Part shown: in pieces, positions 9,349-18,785 of the stretch
How the letters are laid out: each line of letters starts with the position of its first letter
Position numbering within the stretch: position 1 is the first letter of the stretch
Assembly (NCBI GenBank): GCA_963826115.1
Contig: CAWGVS010000006.1
Coordinates: forward strand, 1,173,186-1,237,185
Source of the DNA: an uncultured Candidatus Rokubacteria bacterium
GTDB lineage: Bacteria; Methylomirabilota; Methylomirabilia; Rokubacteriales; DASRDR01
Reading direction: 5' to 3'
Length of the DNA stretch: 64,000 nucleotides
The notes under the pieces: generated by a model
What the model was told of the DNA's origin: nothing
The model's database searches: none
What the model saw: only the letters and a program-made list of their open reading frames with translations
Program-made: the position numbers and the translations under genes

Positions 9349-10477
9349 TCATCGCTTCGGCTTGCAGGTCGCCTCGATCTCCAGGACCGCGTCGCCGGAC
9401 AGGGTCCCGACCGCGCTCGTCATCATGGCCGCGCCGCTCGTCGCGTAGGGATAGACGAGCCGCGCGCCGTCGCGCGCCTCGAGCTCCACGGTGACCGGGG
9501 GTGGCGGCGCCATCACCGGCACGGACATGCCGGAGCCGTTCGGGCACCGGACGCCGAAGGGCGACATGCGCTGCCCGTCCTTGTCGATGCGGAGCTTGAA
9601 CACGCCGTCCTCGAGCGTGCCCTCGACCACCATCGGAAGCATCATCGGCATGCCCGTGTACTGGCACGCGCCGCCGATGATGCGGCCCTCGAAGCTTCGC
9701 GTCGCGCGGCCGCTGACCGACTGGGGCGCCGGGCCCTCCGTGATCTCGAGGGGCACCAACGCCGTGGACCCGTACTCCGCGGCGGTGCCCACCGGCCCCA
9801 TCGGGACCTTCCAGTCCATGCGGGCGACGCTCTTGAAGACCAGCGCGTACTGGAGGTCCGCCGACAGCTTCTCGACGAGGCTCTGGAGCTCGGCGATCTC
9901 CAGCTCGTACGACTCGACCTCCTCCCACCGGTCGGCGCTCGGCATGCCGGCCTTTCAGTCCCGGCCATCGTGTCGGGGATGACGGTGCGTCGTGCGCCGA
10001 GGTCTCCCGGCGCTCTTTCGCGCCTCGCAGACGTCGTGGTGGTAGTCCTCGTGGTGCTCGACCGCCTCGGCGACCTCCCGGCAGGGCGCCCGGGCCTTCT
10101 CTCGGGCCAGGTGGTCGGGCCGGGCTCGCACACGGCGCTGTCGAACTCGATCAGCGTGTCATGTCCCCGGCGATCGTCCGATCGCTCTCTTCGAGGAGCT
10201 CGCGGAGCTTGGCTCTCCTTTGTCTCCACGGGAGTCCGAGCTCTGCAGGATCGGGCCTCTCCTTCTCGAAGAGGTCGTCCATCTGGTCTGCGGTAGTAGT
10301 CACGCATGGCCTGCTTCTCGGCCAGCCGCTCCGGATCGCGTCGAGGTGCTTGCACTCGCACGCCTCCTGCTGCGCGGACGCCGGGCGGGCCGGAGAGACG
10401 AGGAGCGCGACGAGCGCGAGAGCGGCCGCCGCCCACGGGAGCGTCGGCCGCCGATGCCGGGAGCGTTCACCTCGCAT
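9349..10477 (-). CDS. Secreted hypothetical protein with HExxH motif (frameshifted)
   Basis: GGAGG RBS and signal peptide ending ASA-QQ; pieces in three frames, including HHEDYHH at 10036-10056 and the 9349-9945 C-terminal segment. Confidence 0.55.
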
Positions 10478-10581
10478 GGCGCCACCTCCGTGCCGAGATC
10501 GTCGCCTCGGCCGCCCGGACGTCCGGCGCCGGCCCGTCCGACCGTCGGCTCGCGCGGGGCCGGAGCCTGCCCGGCGACGCG

Positions 10582-11955
10582 CTACCGCCGCGCGAGCGCG
10601 TTCCGCGCGAGGAGCTCGCCGATCAGGTCGTCGAAGGCGCCGACCGTGTCGTCGATGTCCTGCTCCTCGTGGGCGGCCGACGTCATGCCGCCGTTGTAGG
10701 AGAGGAGCTCGATGCCCCGCACCCGGAACCCGTTCTGGAGCGCCCGCACGAGGTTGGCGTCCATGCTCTTGAGGGTGACGGTGTCGAGCCAGCGATAGTC
10801 CTCGGGCCGCGCGACCCCGAGGTTCGCGCCCGGCGCCTCGAGGTAGACGTGGAAGGCCGAGCTCTCGCCGTAGGCGAGGCCCTTGACCCCGCGGCGCTCG
10901 AGCACCCCGTTCAGGCCGGCGCGCAGGCGATCGGCGAGCGCGTCCGCCCGGCGCGTCGGCTCGCCGGTGGCGACGATGCCGAGGCAGGCGAGCCCCGCCG
11001 CCGCCGTCAGCGGCGTCGCGTTGTACGTGCCCTGGTGGGCGATCCGGCGGAAGCGGTCGTGGAAGGCCTCGCCGGTGATGTCGAAGACGCGCATCACCTC
11101 GGCCCGGCCGCAGAGGGCCGCGCCGGGGACGCCGCCGCCGATGATCTTCGCGTGGGTCGACAGGTCCGGCGTGACGCCGGAGCGCTCCTGGGCGCCGCCG
11201 GGCGCCCAGCGGAAGCCCGTGATGACCTCGTCGAAGATGAGGAGCGTCCCGTGGCGCCGCGTCACCTCGCGGAGGCCGGCGAGGAAGCCGGGCCGGAGCG
11301 GCAGGCGCGCCCACGAGCCCCCGCTCGGCTCCAGGATCACCGCGGCGACGTCGCCCCGCTGGCGGAGGATCCGGTCCACCTCGTCAAGGTCGTTGGCGCG
11401 CGTCATGACCGTGCCGAGCCGGAAGCCCGGCGCGAGCCCGATCGACGGCGGCACGTCGTAGGGCGGCGAGAAACCCGTCACGAGCTCGTCGCCCCAGCCG
11501 TGGAAGTGGCCCTCGAAGCGCATGATCGTCGGGCGGCCCGTGTGGGCGCGCGCGACGCGGCACGCCAGCATGTCGGACTCGGTGCCCGAGTTCGTGAAGC
11601 GCACGCGCTCGCCGCACGGCACCAGCGTCTGGATCTTCTCGGCCCACTCGACCTGGAGCGGGTGGTCGTTCCCGAAGTGGGTCCCGAGCGGCGCCGCCTT
11701 GATCACGGCCTCGACGATGGCGGGGTGCGCGTGGCCGAGGAGGAGGGCGCCGTTCCCGAGGTGGTAGTCGATGTACCGGTGGCCGTCGACGTCCCACTTG
11801 TAGGCGCCCTGGGCCCGCGCGATGTAGGTGGGGAAGGGCAGCGCGTGCCGCATGTCGTGGCCGAGGGCGCCGCCGACCGCCTGCTGGGCCCGCGCGTACC
11901 ACCCCTCCGTTGCCGATCGCGTCGCCTGGAATTGCTCCTCGAAGGTCGGCTTCAT
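10582..11955 (-). CDS. Class III PLP aminotransferase (HemL/GSA-aminomutase-like)
   Basis: WDVDGHRYIDY, RFTNSGTES, FHG, LLIFDEVITGFR and AKIIGGG. Confidence 0.9.
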   Translation of the reverse strand: MKPTFEEQFQATRSATEGWYARAQQAVGGALGHDMRHALPFPTYIARAQGAYKWDVDGHRYIDYHLGNGALLLGHAHPAIVEAVIKAAPLGTHFGNDHPLQVEWAEKIQTLVPCGERVRFTNSGTESDMLACRVARAHTGRPTIMRFEGHFHGWGDELVTGFSPPYDVPPSIGLAPGFRLGTVMTRANDLDEVDRILRQRGDVAAVILEPSGGSWARLPLRPGFLAGLREVTRRHGTLLIFDEVITGFRWAPGGAQERSGVTPDLSTHAKIIGGGVPGAALCGRAEVMRVFDITGEAFHDRFRRIAHQGTYNATPLTAAAGLACLGIVATGEPTRRADALADRLRAGLNGVLERRGVKGLAYGESSAFHVYLEAPGANLGVARPEDYRWLDTVTLKSMDANLVRALQNGFRVRGIELLSYNGGMTSAAHEEQDIDDTVGAFDDLIGELLARNALARR

Positions 11956-12083
11956 GCCTCTCGCTCCCCGCTCCCGGGCGCCCACCGGCTCCGCGCCGGC
12001 CGCGCCCCGTGTCGATGGTCGGTCAGATGCTCCGTGGAAGTCCGCTCACCGGGCAGTGTCTCACGCCGCGCCTGACGCGGCTC

Positions 12084-13196
12084 CTAGCCGAACACGCTCT
12101 CGAGCGGCGCCGCCTTCTCGCCGACGGCCTCCGCCACGCCGGGGTGGACGATCCGCCCCTGGTAGACGTTCAGGCCCTTGGCCAGCGCCGGGTTTCCCCG
12201 GAGGCCGGCGGCCAGGCCCTTGCCGGCGAGCTCGACCACGTAGGGCAGGGTGGCGTTGGTCAGGGCGAACGTGGAGGTGCGCGGCACGAGGGCGGGCATG
12301 TTGGCCACGCCGTAGTGCACGACGCCGTGCACGAGGTAGGTCGGCTCGGCGAGCGTGGTCGGGTGCACGGTCTCGACGCAGCCCCCCTGGTCCACCGCGA
12401 CGTCGACGATCACCGACCCCTCCTTCATCGTCTTCACCGTCGACTCCGGGACGAGGACGGGCGCGCGCGCGCCCGCGACCAGGACCGCGCCGACCAGGAG
12501 GTCCGCGCGCGGGGCGAGCCGGGCGATGTTGAAGGCATTCGAGACCAGCGTGACCACCTGGCCGCGGAAGATGTCGTCCACGAGGCGGAGACGGTCGACG
12601 TTCACGTCGAGGATCGACACGTCGCCGCCGAGGCCCACCGCGATCTTCGCCGCGTTCAGGCCGACGATGCCGGCGCCGATGATCATCACGTTGCCGGGCG
12701 GCACGCCGGGCACGCCGGAGAGGAGGATGCCCCGGCCGCCGTGGGCCTTGCCCAGGTGGTAGGCGCCCTCCTGGACCGACAGGCGCCCCGCCACCTCGCT
12801 CATCGGCGTGAGGAGCGGGAGGCTCCCGTCGGTCCGCTGCACCGTCTCGTAGGCGAGGGCGACCGTGCGCGACTTCTGGAGCGCGCGCGTGAGCTCCGGC
12901 ACGGCGGCGAGGTGGAGGTAGGTGAAGAGGATCTGGTCCGCGCGGAGCCGCGGGTACTCCTGGGAGATGGGCTCCTTGACCTTCAGGATCATCTCCGCCT
13001 CGGCCCAGACCGCCTCGACCGGCCGGAGGAGCGCCCCCAGCTGCGTGTAGTCCTCGTCGCGGAAGCCGCTGCCCGTGCCGGCCCCGGGCTCGATGAGGAC
13101 CCGGTGGCCGTGTTCGACGAGGGTGAGGGTGCCGGCGGGCGTGAGCGCCACGCGCTGCTCGCCGGTCTTGATCTCCTTGGGGACGCCGATGATCAC
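12084..13196 (-). CDS. ald: Alanine dehydrogenase
   Basis: IGVPKEIK, KVKEP, LFTYLHLA, MSEVAGRLS, DVAVDQGGC and YGVANMP; 370 aa from GTG 13196. Confidence 0.95.
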   Translation of the reverse strand: MIIGVPKEIKTGEQRVALTPAGTLTLVEHGHRVLIEPGAGTGSGFRDEDYTQLGALLRPVEAVWAEAEMILKVKEPISQEYPRLRADQILFTYLHLAAVPELTRALQKSRTVALAYETVQRTDGSLPLLTPMSEVAGRLSVQEGAYHLGKAHGGRGILLSGVPGVPPGNVMIIGAGIVGLNAAKIAVGLGGDVSILDVNVDRLRLVDDIFRGQVVTLVSNAFNIARLAPRADLLVGAVLVAGARAPVLVPESTVKTMKEGSVIVDVAVDQGGCVETVHPTTLAEPTYLVHGVVHYGVANMPALVPRTSTFALTNATLPYVVELAGKGLAAGLRGNPALAKGLNVYQGRIVHPGVAEAVGEKAAPLESVFG

Positions 13197-13411
13197 GGGT
13201 GTCGTCTCCTCTCGATGGCCGGCGGGCGACGCCCGCGGCCACGCTGCCGCTCTTCCCAGCTCCGGCCGACGGCCGGCCGCGCTCATGGTACCGCCGATTC
13301 GACCCCCGCGGGGCCGGCGGCCGTGTCGGGGCGTTCCCTGGCCGGGCGCAGCGAGGGCGGGTCGCCCGATCGGGCGCCCGCCCCCGTGCTCCCGGTCCGC
13401 GCGGCGAGACG

Positions 13412-14659
13412 CTACGCGCCGAACTTCTGCGGGAACTGCTTCACGATCGCCTCGGCCAGCGGGTCGGCGATCATCCGCATGTGGCCCGTCGCCCCGCGGA
13501 GCATCGTGTACACCTTCGGCTGGTCGCCCGCCGCCTGCGCGTCGATCACGGGCTTGAGCGTCAGGATGTGGTCCTTCACGAGCCCGGCCACCACGTCCTT
13601 CGGGAGGTTCGGGTTGGCCGAGGCGAGGAAGGCGCCGAAGTCCTGGGAGTATCCCACGAGGTCCTGCACGGCCTTGTCCTGCTTGGCCTTGTCCTTGGTC
13701 GCGACGCCGACCGTGTAGTCGACGACGAAGCCGATGTGGCGCCGCCAGAGGGGGAGGAACGCGTCCTCGGCGCCCTGGCCGTAGACGGAGCCGATCGCCT
13801 TCGAGATGTCCACGCCGTTCGCGTCGAGCGCGGCCGCCGCCGCCTTGAACTCGGGGTCGCGCGCGCCGAGCGCCGCGCCGGTGGCGCGCGCCGCCAGGTA
13901 CGTGTGCTCCTGGAAGGCCATGGTCAGCGTGGTGCGGAGGCCGGCGGCGGCCGACGTGGTGGAGCCGGGGAATCTGTCGGGGAACTGCTTGACGATGGCG
14001 CCGGCCAGCGGGTCGGCGATCATGCCCATGTGGGCGTAGGCGGTCCGGGTCGCGGCGAAGGCCTTCGCCTGGTCACCCGTGACCTGGGCGTCGATCACGT
14101 CCTTGAGCGTGAGCACGTGCGTCTTCACCAGTCCGGCCACCGCGTCCTTCGGGAGGTTCGGGTTGGCGGAGGCGAGGAACGCGCCGAAGTCCTGCGTGTA
14201 CTGGACGAGGTCGGCGACGGCCTTGTCCTGCTTGGCCCGGTCCTTGGTCGCGACGCCGACCGTGTAGTCGACGACGAAGCCGATGTGGCGCCGCCAGAGG
14301 GGGAGGAACGCGTCCTCGGCGCCCTGGCCGTACACGGAGCCGATCGCCTGCGAGATGTCCACGCTGTTCTGGTCGAGCGCCGCCGCGGCCGCCTTGAACT
14401 GCGCCTCCCGGCCGCCGAGGGCCGCGCCGGTCGCGCTCGACGCGAGCAGGATGTGCTCGCCGAGGAGGTAGTTGAGGCCGGCGCGGAGGTCGGCCGCCTT
14501 GGTGGCCGACGTCGCCATCATGCCGTCCGACGCGGTGCTCTGGGCCATCGCCATGTGGCCGTGGCCCATGCCGCCGGACATCCCGCCGCCGCTGCAGCCG
14601 ACGGCCACGAACGCGGCGATCGCCGCCGCCCCGAACTGTCTCGCCCATCCCGTCGTCAT
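13412..14659 (-). CDS. Lipoprotein with two tandem His-containing helical domains
   Basis: Lipobox AVGC, Met/His-rich linker, and two repeats at 183-aa spacing; GAGG RBS. Confidence 0.8.
   Translation of the reverse strand: MTTGWARQFGAAAIAAFVAVGCSGGGMSGGMGHGHMAMAQSTASDGMMATSATKAADLRAGLNYLLGEHILLASSATGAALGGREAQFKAAAAALDQNSVDISQAIGSVYGQGAEDAFLPLWRRHIGFVVDYTVGVATKDRAKQDKAVADLVQYTQDFGAFLASANPNLPKDAVAGLVKTHVLTLKDVIDAQVTGDQAKAFAATRTAYAHMGMIADPLAGAIVKQFPDRFPGSTTSAAAGLRTTLTMAFQEHTYLAARATGAALGARDPEFKAAAAALDANGVDISKAIGSVYGQGAEDAFLPLWRRHIGFVVDYTVGVATKDKAKQDKAVQDLVGYSQDFGAFLASANPNLPKDVVAGLVKDHILTLKPVIDAQAAGDQPKVYTMLRGATGHMRMIADPLAEAIVKQFPQKFGA
13691..14332. repeat. Intragenic direct repeat, 93 nt identical
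   Basis: 13691-13783 is identical to 14240-14332 (offset 549 nt), within a longer near-identical duplication. Confidence 0.9.
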
Positions 14660-14732
14660 GTCCGTTGCCTCCTCTGGAGCGCTTCGTTGCCGGTGTGTGG
14701 GTTGAGGTCCCGCGTGTCCGTACACCCGGCTC

Positions 14733-14759
14733 TACGCGGGACCCTGGCGCGCCGGATTG
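14733..14759 (-). promoter_or_regulatory. Putative ECF (SigK-type) promoter for the lipoprotein gene
   Basis: The minus strand reads CAATCC-N17-CGTA, resembling the SigK-type CCATCC...CGAA consensus. Confidence 0.6.
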
Positions 14760-14791
14760 CGGGCCCCGGGGGGCTTTGTTATGAAGGGGAC

Positions 14792-15367
14792 ATGGGTGCC
14801 GTCCAGCCGGACGCGTCGGTCCGGCTCCTCGCGGAGATCGCCCGGGGCGACCGCGAGGCCTTCGCGCGCTTCTACGACCTCCACGCTGCGCTGGTCCACA
14901 CGTTCGCGCTCCGGATCCTCCGCGAGCGGAGCGAGGCGGAGGAAGTGGCGCAGGACGTCTTCGTCCAGGTCTGGCGCCAGGCCGAGGGCTACAGCCGCGA
15001 CCGCGGGACGCCCGAAGCCTGGCTCATCACGCTGACCCGGAGCCGGGGCATCGACAAACTTCGTTCCAGACGTAGACGCGATGAGATGGTGCGACCCGCG
15101 GACGACCGGGACCGACTGCCTGAGCCCGTGGCGCCGGAGAGTGCGTCCGGCCCGGCGGAGGCGCGCGCGACGCTCGGCGGGGCGCTCGGCGACCTGCCGC
15201 CGGCGCAGCGGAGCGTCCTCGAGCTCGCCTACTTCGACGGCCTCACGCAGACGGAGATCGCCGCGCGGCTCAACGAGCCGCTCGGCACGGTGAAGACGCG
15301 CATGCGCACGGGACTCGAGCGGCTCCGGGGCATCCTCTCGGCGCGGAGCGGGGCGGAGCGGGCATGA
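14792..15367 (+). CDS. ECF RNA polymerase sigma factor (SigK-like)
   Basis: AEEVAQDVFVQVW, AWLITLTRSRGID and LAYFDGLTQTEIA...PLGTVKTRMR. Confidence 0.92.
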   Translation: MGAVQPDASVRLLAEIARGDREAFARFYDLHAALVHTFALRILRERSEAEEVAQDVFVQVWRQAEGYSRDRGTPEAWLITLTRSRGIDKLRSRRRRDEMVRPADDRDRLPEPVAPESASGPAEARATLGGALGDLPPAQRSVLELAYFDGLTQTEIAARLNEPLGTVKTRMRTGLERLRGILSARSGAERA

Positions 15368-16158
15368 ACCACGAGCGGTGGCTCGAGCTGGCCGACCTCC
15401 ACGCGGCCGGCGCCCTCGACGGCCCGGAGCTCGCCGAGCTCGAGGCCCACCTCGCGACGGGCTGCGTCCAGTGCGCCGCACGGATCCGCGAGACCCGCGA
15501 GGCGCTGGCGCTCGCTGCGCGCGAGCTCCCGGAGGTCGCGCCGCCGCCCGCGCTCCGGGCCCGGGTCCTGGCCGCGGTCGCGAGCGAGCCCGGGCCCGCC
15601 GCGCGGCCGGCCACCGCGCCCATCCCGCTCCCGCCGGCGCGCCGCCGGCGCGGCGCCATCTGGTGGACGGGCTGGGCCGGGCTCGCGGCGGCGGCGGCGC
15701 TCCTCGTGTTCGTGAACGCCGAGCTCCGGACGACGCGCCAGGAGATGCGCGCCCTCCAGGGCCGGCTGGCCACGCTCCAGACGGAGCTCTCCGAGCGCGA
15801 GGCGACGCTCCGGTTCCTGTCGGATCCGAGCGTCCGGTTCGTGAGCCTCGGCGGGCTCGAGCCCACGCCGGACGCGGGCGCGTGGCTCCTGTGGAACCCG
15901 ACGACCCGCCAGGGCCTTCTCCTGGCGCGGGGACTTCCCGCCGCGCCGGCGGGCCACGCCTACGAGCTGTGGGCCCTCGCCGGCGCCCAGCCCGTGCCGG
16001 CGGGCGTCTTCACGGTCGACGCGGCCGGGCGGGGACTCCTCCGGCTCCAGCCGCTTCCCGAGGGCCACACCTTCGACGCCTTCGCCGTCACCCTCGAGCC
16101 CACGCCCGGCGTCCCCAAGCCCACGGGCCCCATGCACCTCCACGGGAAGGTGCTGTAG
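15364..16158 (+). CDS. Anti-sigma factor with zf-HC2, TM and RskA-type C-terminal domain
   Basis: HLATGCVQC ZAS-type motif, TM helix, YELW and FAVTLEP...PTGP. Confidence 0.88.
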   Translation: MNHERWLELADLHAAGALDGPELAELEAHLATGCVQCAARIRETREALALAARELPEVAPPPALRARVLAAVASEPGPAARPATAPIPLPPARRRRGAIWWTGWAGLAAAAALLVFVNAELRTTRQEMRALQGRLATLQTELSEREATLRFLSDPSVRFVSLGGLEPTPDAGAWLLWNPTTRQGLLLARGLPAAPAGHAYELWALAGAQPVPAGVFTVDAAGRGLLRLQPLPEGHTFDAFAVTLEPTPGVPKPTGPMHLHGKVL

Positions 16159-16368
16159 CCAGCCCCCGGCTTCCCGACAGCTCCCTCTGGGCCGAGTCGC
16201 CCCGACCTCGGCTTGTCTGTGGCGGTGTTGGTTACGTGTTTCCTACCAGCTAGGGCGCCCTGTCCGCCTAGGGATGTCAGCCCGTGTACCGAGGCGGGAG
16301 GGTGTGAGGCGTATCGAGATAGATACGTAAATACGCAGAGTTGAAGCTGCCGTTGGCTGTCGAATGTG

Positions 16369-16387
16369 TATTACAAAATCTGTGATA
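16369..16387 (+). promoter_or_regulatory. Imperfect palindrome overlapping the promoter; candidate autoregulatory operator
   Basis: TATTACA-N5-TGTGATA (6/7 inverted match) 13 nt before ATG 16401 in an AT-rich patch; no SD, so possibly leaderless. Confidence 0.5.
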
Positions 16388-16400
16388 ACCTGACGCTGCC

Positions 16401-17087
16401 ATGACTCCCCAGGAGCTGCGGACAGCCCGGGTCGAGAGGGGCTTGACCCAGAGCCAGGCGGCGGTCAGCCTGGGCCTGTCCCAGCCCTACGTCGCGATGC
16501 TCGAGCGCGGGCAGCGGCGCCTGACCGATGCACTCGTCCAGCGGGTGAGGGCCGTCTACGCCCTGCCTCCGACGTTCGTCCCGCCGGTGATGGAGCGTGA
16601 GCCGCCATCCCAGGACACCCTCGTCGCGGATCTGGCCGGACTCGGGTGTCCCGGGTTCGCCCATCTCCGCCCGTCGCGTTGGACGCCCAAGAACCCGGCC
16701 GTGGTTCTCCTGGCGGCGCTGGCGACCGACGACCTCGACGCGCGTGTCGTGGAAGCCCTCCCGTGGCTTCTCCTGGAGTACCCGACGCTCGATCAGGACT
16801 GGCTCGTCCGACACGCGAAGCTCGACGATCTGCAGAACCGCCTGGGGTTCGTGACCGCGCTGGCCCGCGCGCTCGCGCGGCGAGCGGGCCGGCACGACAA
16901 GGCGGCCGTGCTCGGAGCCCTGGAGAATCGACTGGAGCGAAGCCGCCTGGCTCGCGAGCAGACGCTGGGCCGGCGGAGCGTCTCCGAGCGCGTCCGATCG
17001 TGGGTGGCCAGCCGGCGGTCTCCGGAAGCTCAGCGCTGGAACGTCATGACCGACTGGACGGTGGACATGCTCCGGTATGGCGCCTGA
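16401..17087 (+). CDS. XRE-type HTH protein with uncharacterised C-terminal domain (putative antitoxin)
   Basis: LRTARVERGLTQSQAAVSLGLSQPYVAMLERG; overlaps the next gene. Confidence 0.8.
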   Translation: MTPQELRTARVERGLTQSQAAVSLGLSQPYVAMLERGQRRLTDALVQRVRAVYALPPTFVPPVMEREPPSQDTLVADLAGLGCPGFAHLRPSRWTPKNPAVVLLAALATDDLDARVVEALPWLLLEYPTLDQDWLVRHAKLDDLQNRLGFVTALARALARRAGRHDKAAVLGALENRLERSRLAREQTLGRRSVSERVRSWVASRRSPEAQRWNVMTDWTVDMLRYGA

Positions 17088-17622
17088 CCTTCGGTCGCCG
17101 TGGCTCGACTTCCTGCTGGAGCTCGACGATCGGCTGCCCGAATCCGTGGCGATCCACTGCGTCGGCGGATTCGTCATGACCGCGCTCTACGGCCTCGGGC
17201 GGACGACCGCGGACCTGGACTGCTACGCGATCGTTCCCTCGGACAGCACCTCGATGCTCCTTGGCCTGGCGGGAGGCGATTCACCGCTGGCGAGGAAGCA
17301 CCACGTCCATCTGCAGCTCGCGGCGGTGGCGAGCTTGCCCGATCGGTACGAGGACCGCTTGATCGAGATCGCGCCGCACAGGTTTCGGCGGCTCCGGCTC
17401 TACGCCCTGGAGGCGCACGATCTCGCGCTCTCCAAGCTCGGGCGGAACCACCCGGTCGATCGCGACGACGTGGCCTACCTCGCGAGGCGGATTCCGCTCG
17501 ATCCCGGCGTTCTGCGCGCGCGCTACCATGAGGAGCTGCGCCCGGGGATCATCGGCGACCTGGCGCGCCACGACCTGACCCTCGAGCTGTGGCTCGAGGA
17601 GTTCTTCTCTCCGCCAGCCTGA
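17077..17622 (+). CDS. DUF6036-like nucleotidyltransferase (putative toxin)
   Basis: CVGGFVM...RTTADLD NTase motif and DLALSKLGRNHPVDRDD. Confidence 0.78.
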   Translation: MAPDLRSPWLDFLLELDDRLPESVAIHCVGGFVMTALYGLGRTTADLDCYAIVPSDSTSMLLGLAGGDSPLARKHHVHLQLAAVASLPDRYEDRLIEIAPHRFRRLRLYALEAHDLALSKLGRNHPVDRDDVAYLARRIPLDPGVLRARYHEELRPGIIGDLARHDLTLELWLEEFFSPPA

Positions 17623-17779
17623 GGCGCCTGTCGATCTCGGGGGTCAGGCCCCGCCCTCTGTGCCAGGATGGGGGAGACAGTCCCTCCGTCCGAAATTGCT
17701 GCAGAGGGCGATCGGTGCGGGTGCCCGACAGCAGAGACAGAAGCCGACAGCACGGCGACGCACGTGGGAGGAGAATCGA

Positions 17780-18763
17780 ATGACCGGCCGGCGCGCCTTC
17801 ATCGCTAGTCTCGCCGTGGGCGCTCTCCTGGCGTCGAGCGGAGCCGATGCCCAGACCGCCAGAAACGTGCATCAGATCGGATACCTGTCCGTCACGTCGG
17901 CTGCTAGTGGACTGGGTAATCTCGAAGCTCTACGGGCTGGATTGCGCGCGTTCGGCTACATCGAGGGGCAGAACCTCACAATCGAGGCTCGCTGGGCGGA
18001 TGGACACGCCGAGCGTCTTCCTCAACTCGCCGCAGAGCTGGTCCGTCTCCCGGTGAAAGTGCTCTGCACCGCAGGCGGGCAAGCTTCGGCAGCGGCGCAG
18101 CAGGCGACGTCCACGATCCCAATCGTGTTTGCGAACGTCGCATTCCCAATCCAGTCCGGTCTCATCGCGAGCTACCCGCACCCAGGCGGCAACATCACGG
18201 GGGTCGCGTTCATTGGCCCTGAATACGGGAAGCGGTTGGAGCTGCTCAAGGAGGCCTATCCCAAGCTCTCCCGCGTCGCGCTGATCTACAACCCCGACAA
18301 CCCCGGGAGCGTCCTGGCGTTGCAGGAAACGCAACGATGGACGCCTGGTTTACGGGTCAGGCTCGAGCCTCACGAGTTCCGGAGTCCGGATGATTTCGAG
18401 CGCGTCTTCGAGGCGATCGCCGGAAAGCGGCCGGATGCGTTGATGACCACCGCCGACTCGCTCCTTATCTCCCATCGCAGCCGCATCGTCGAGTTCACCG
18501 CGAAACAGCGCCTACCCTCAATGTTTCCGACCCGGGACTTCGTGGTCTCCGGAGGCCTCATGTTCTATGGCGGCAGCATCCCGGAGATGTTCCACCAGGC
18601 CGCCGCCTACGTAGACAAGATTCTCAAGGGCGCCAAGCCGGCCGACCTTCCCGTCGAGCAGCCCACGAAGTTCGAGTTCATGATCAACATGAAAACCGCG
18701 AAGGCGCTGCGCCTCGCGATCCCGTCATCGCTACTGCTGCGGGCGGATCAGGTGATCGAATGA
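17780..18763 (+). CDS. ABC transporter substrate-binding protein (ABC_sub_bind), orphan
   Basis: PGGNITG, GKRLELLKE, DKILKGAKPADLPVEQPTKFE and LLLRADQVIE; GGAGG RBS. Confidence 0.9.
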   Translation: MTGRRAFIASLAVGALLASSGADAQTARNVHQIGYLSVTSAASGLGNLEALRAGLRAFGYIEGQNLTIEARWADGHAERLPQLAAELVRLPVKVLCTAGGQASAAAQQATSTIPIVFANVAFPIQSGLIASYPHPGGNITGVAFIGPEYGKRLELLKEAYPKLSRVALIYNPDNPGSVLALQETQRWTPGLRVRLEPHEFRSPDDFERVFEAIAGKRPDALMTTADSLLISHRSRIVEFTAKQRLPSMFPTRDFVVSGGLMFYGGSIPEMFHQAAAYVDKILKGAKPADLPVEQPTKFEFMINMKTAKALRLAIPSSLLLRADQVIE

Positions 18764-18785
18764 TCGGGTCGCCGGACCATGGGGC

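Noticed and set aside
9955-9957. In-frame TGA as possible selenocysteine
   Set aside because: No redox-motif context and no SECIS recognised; the gene has several other errors, so an artefact is more likely.
10582-11955. Assignment as housekeeping hemL
   Set aside because: The N-terminus lacks the GGVNSPVR motif and there are no tetrapyrrole genes nearby, so it is left as a HemL-like paralogue.
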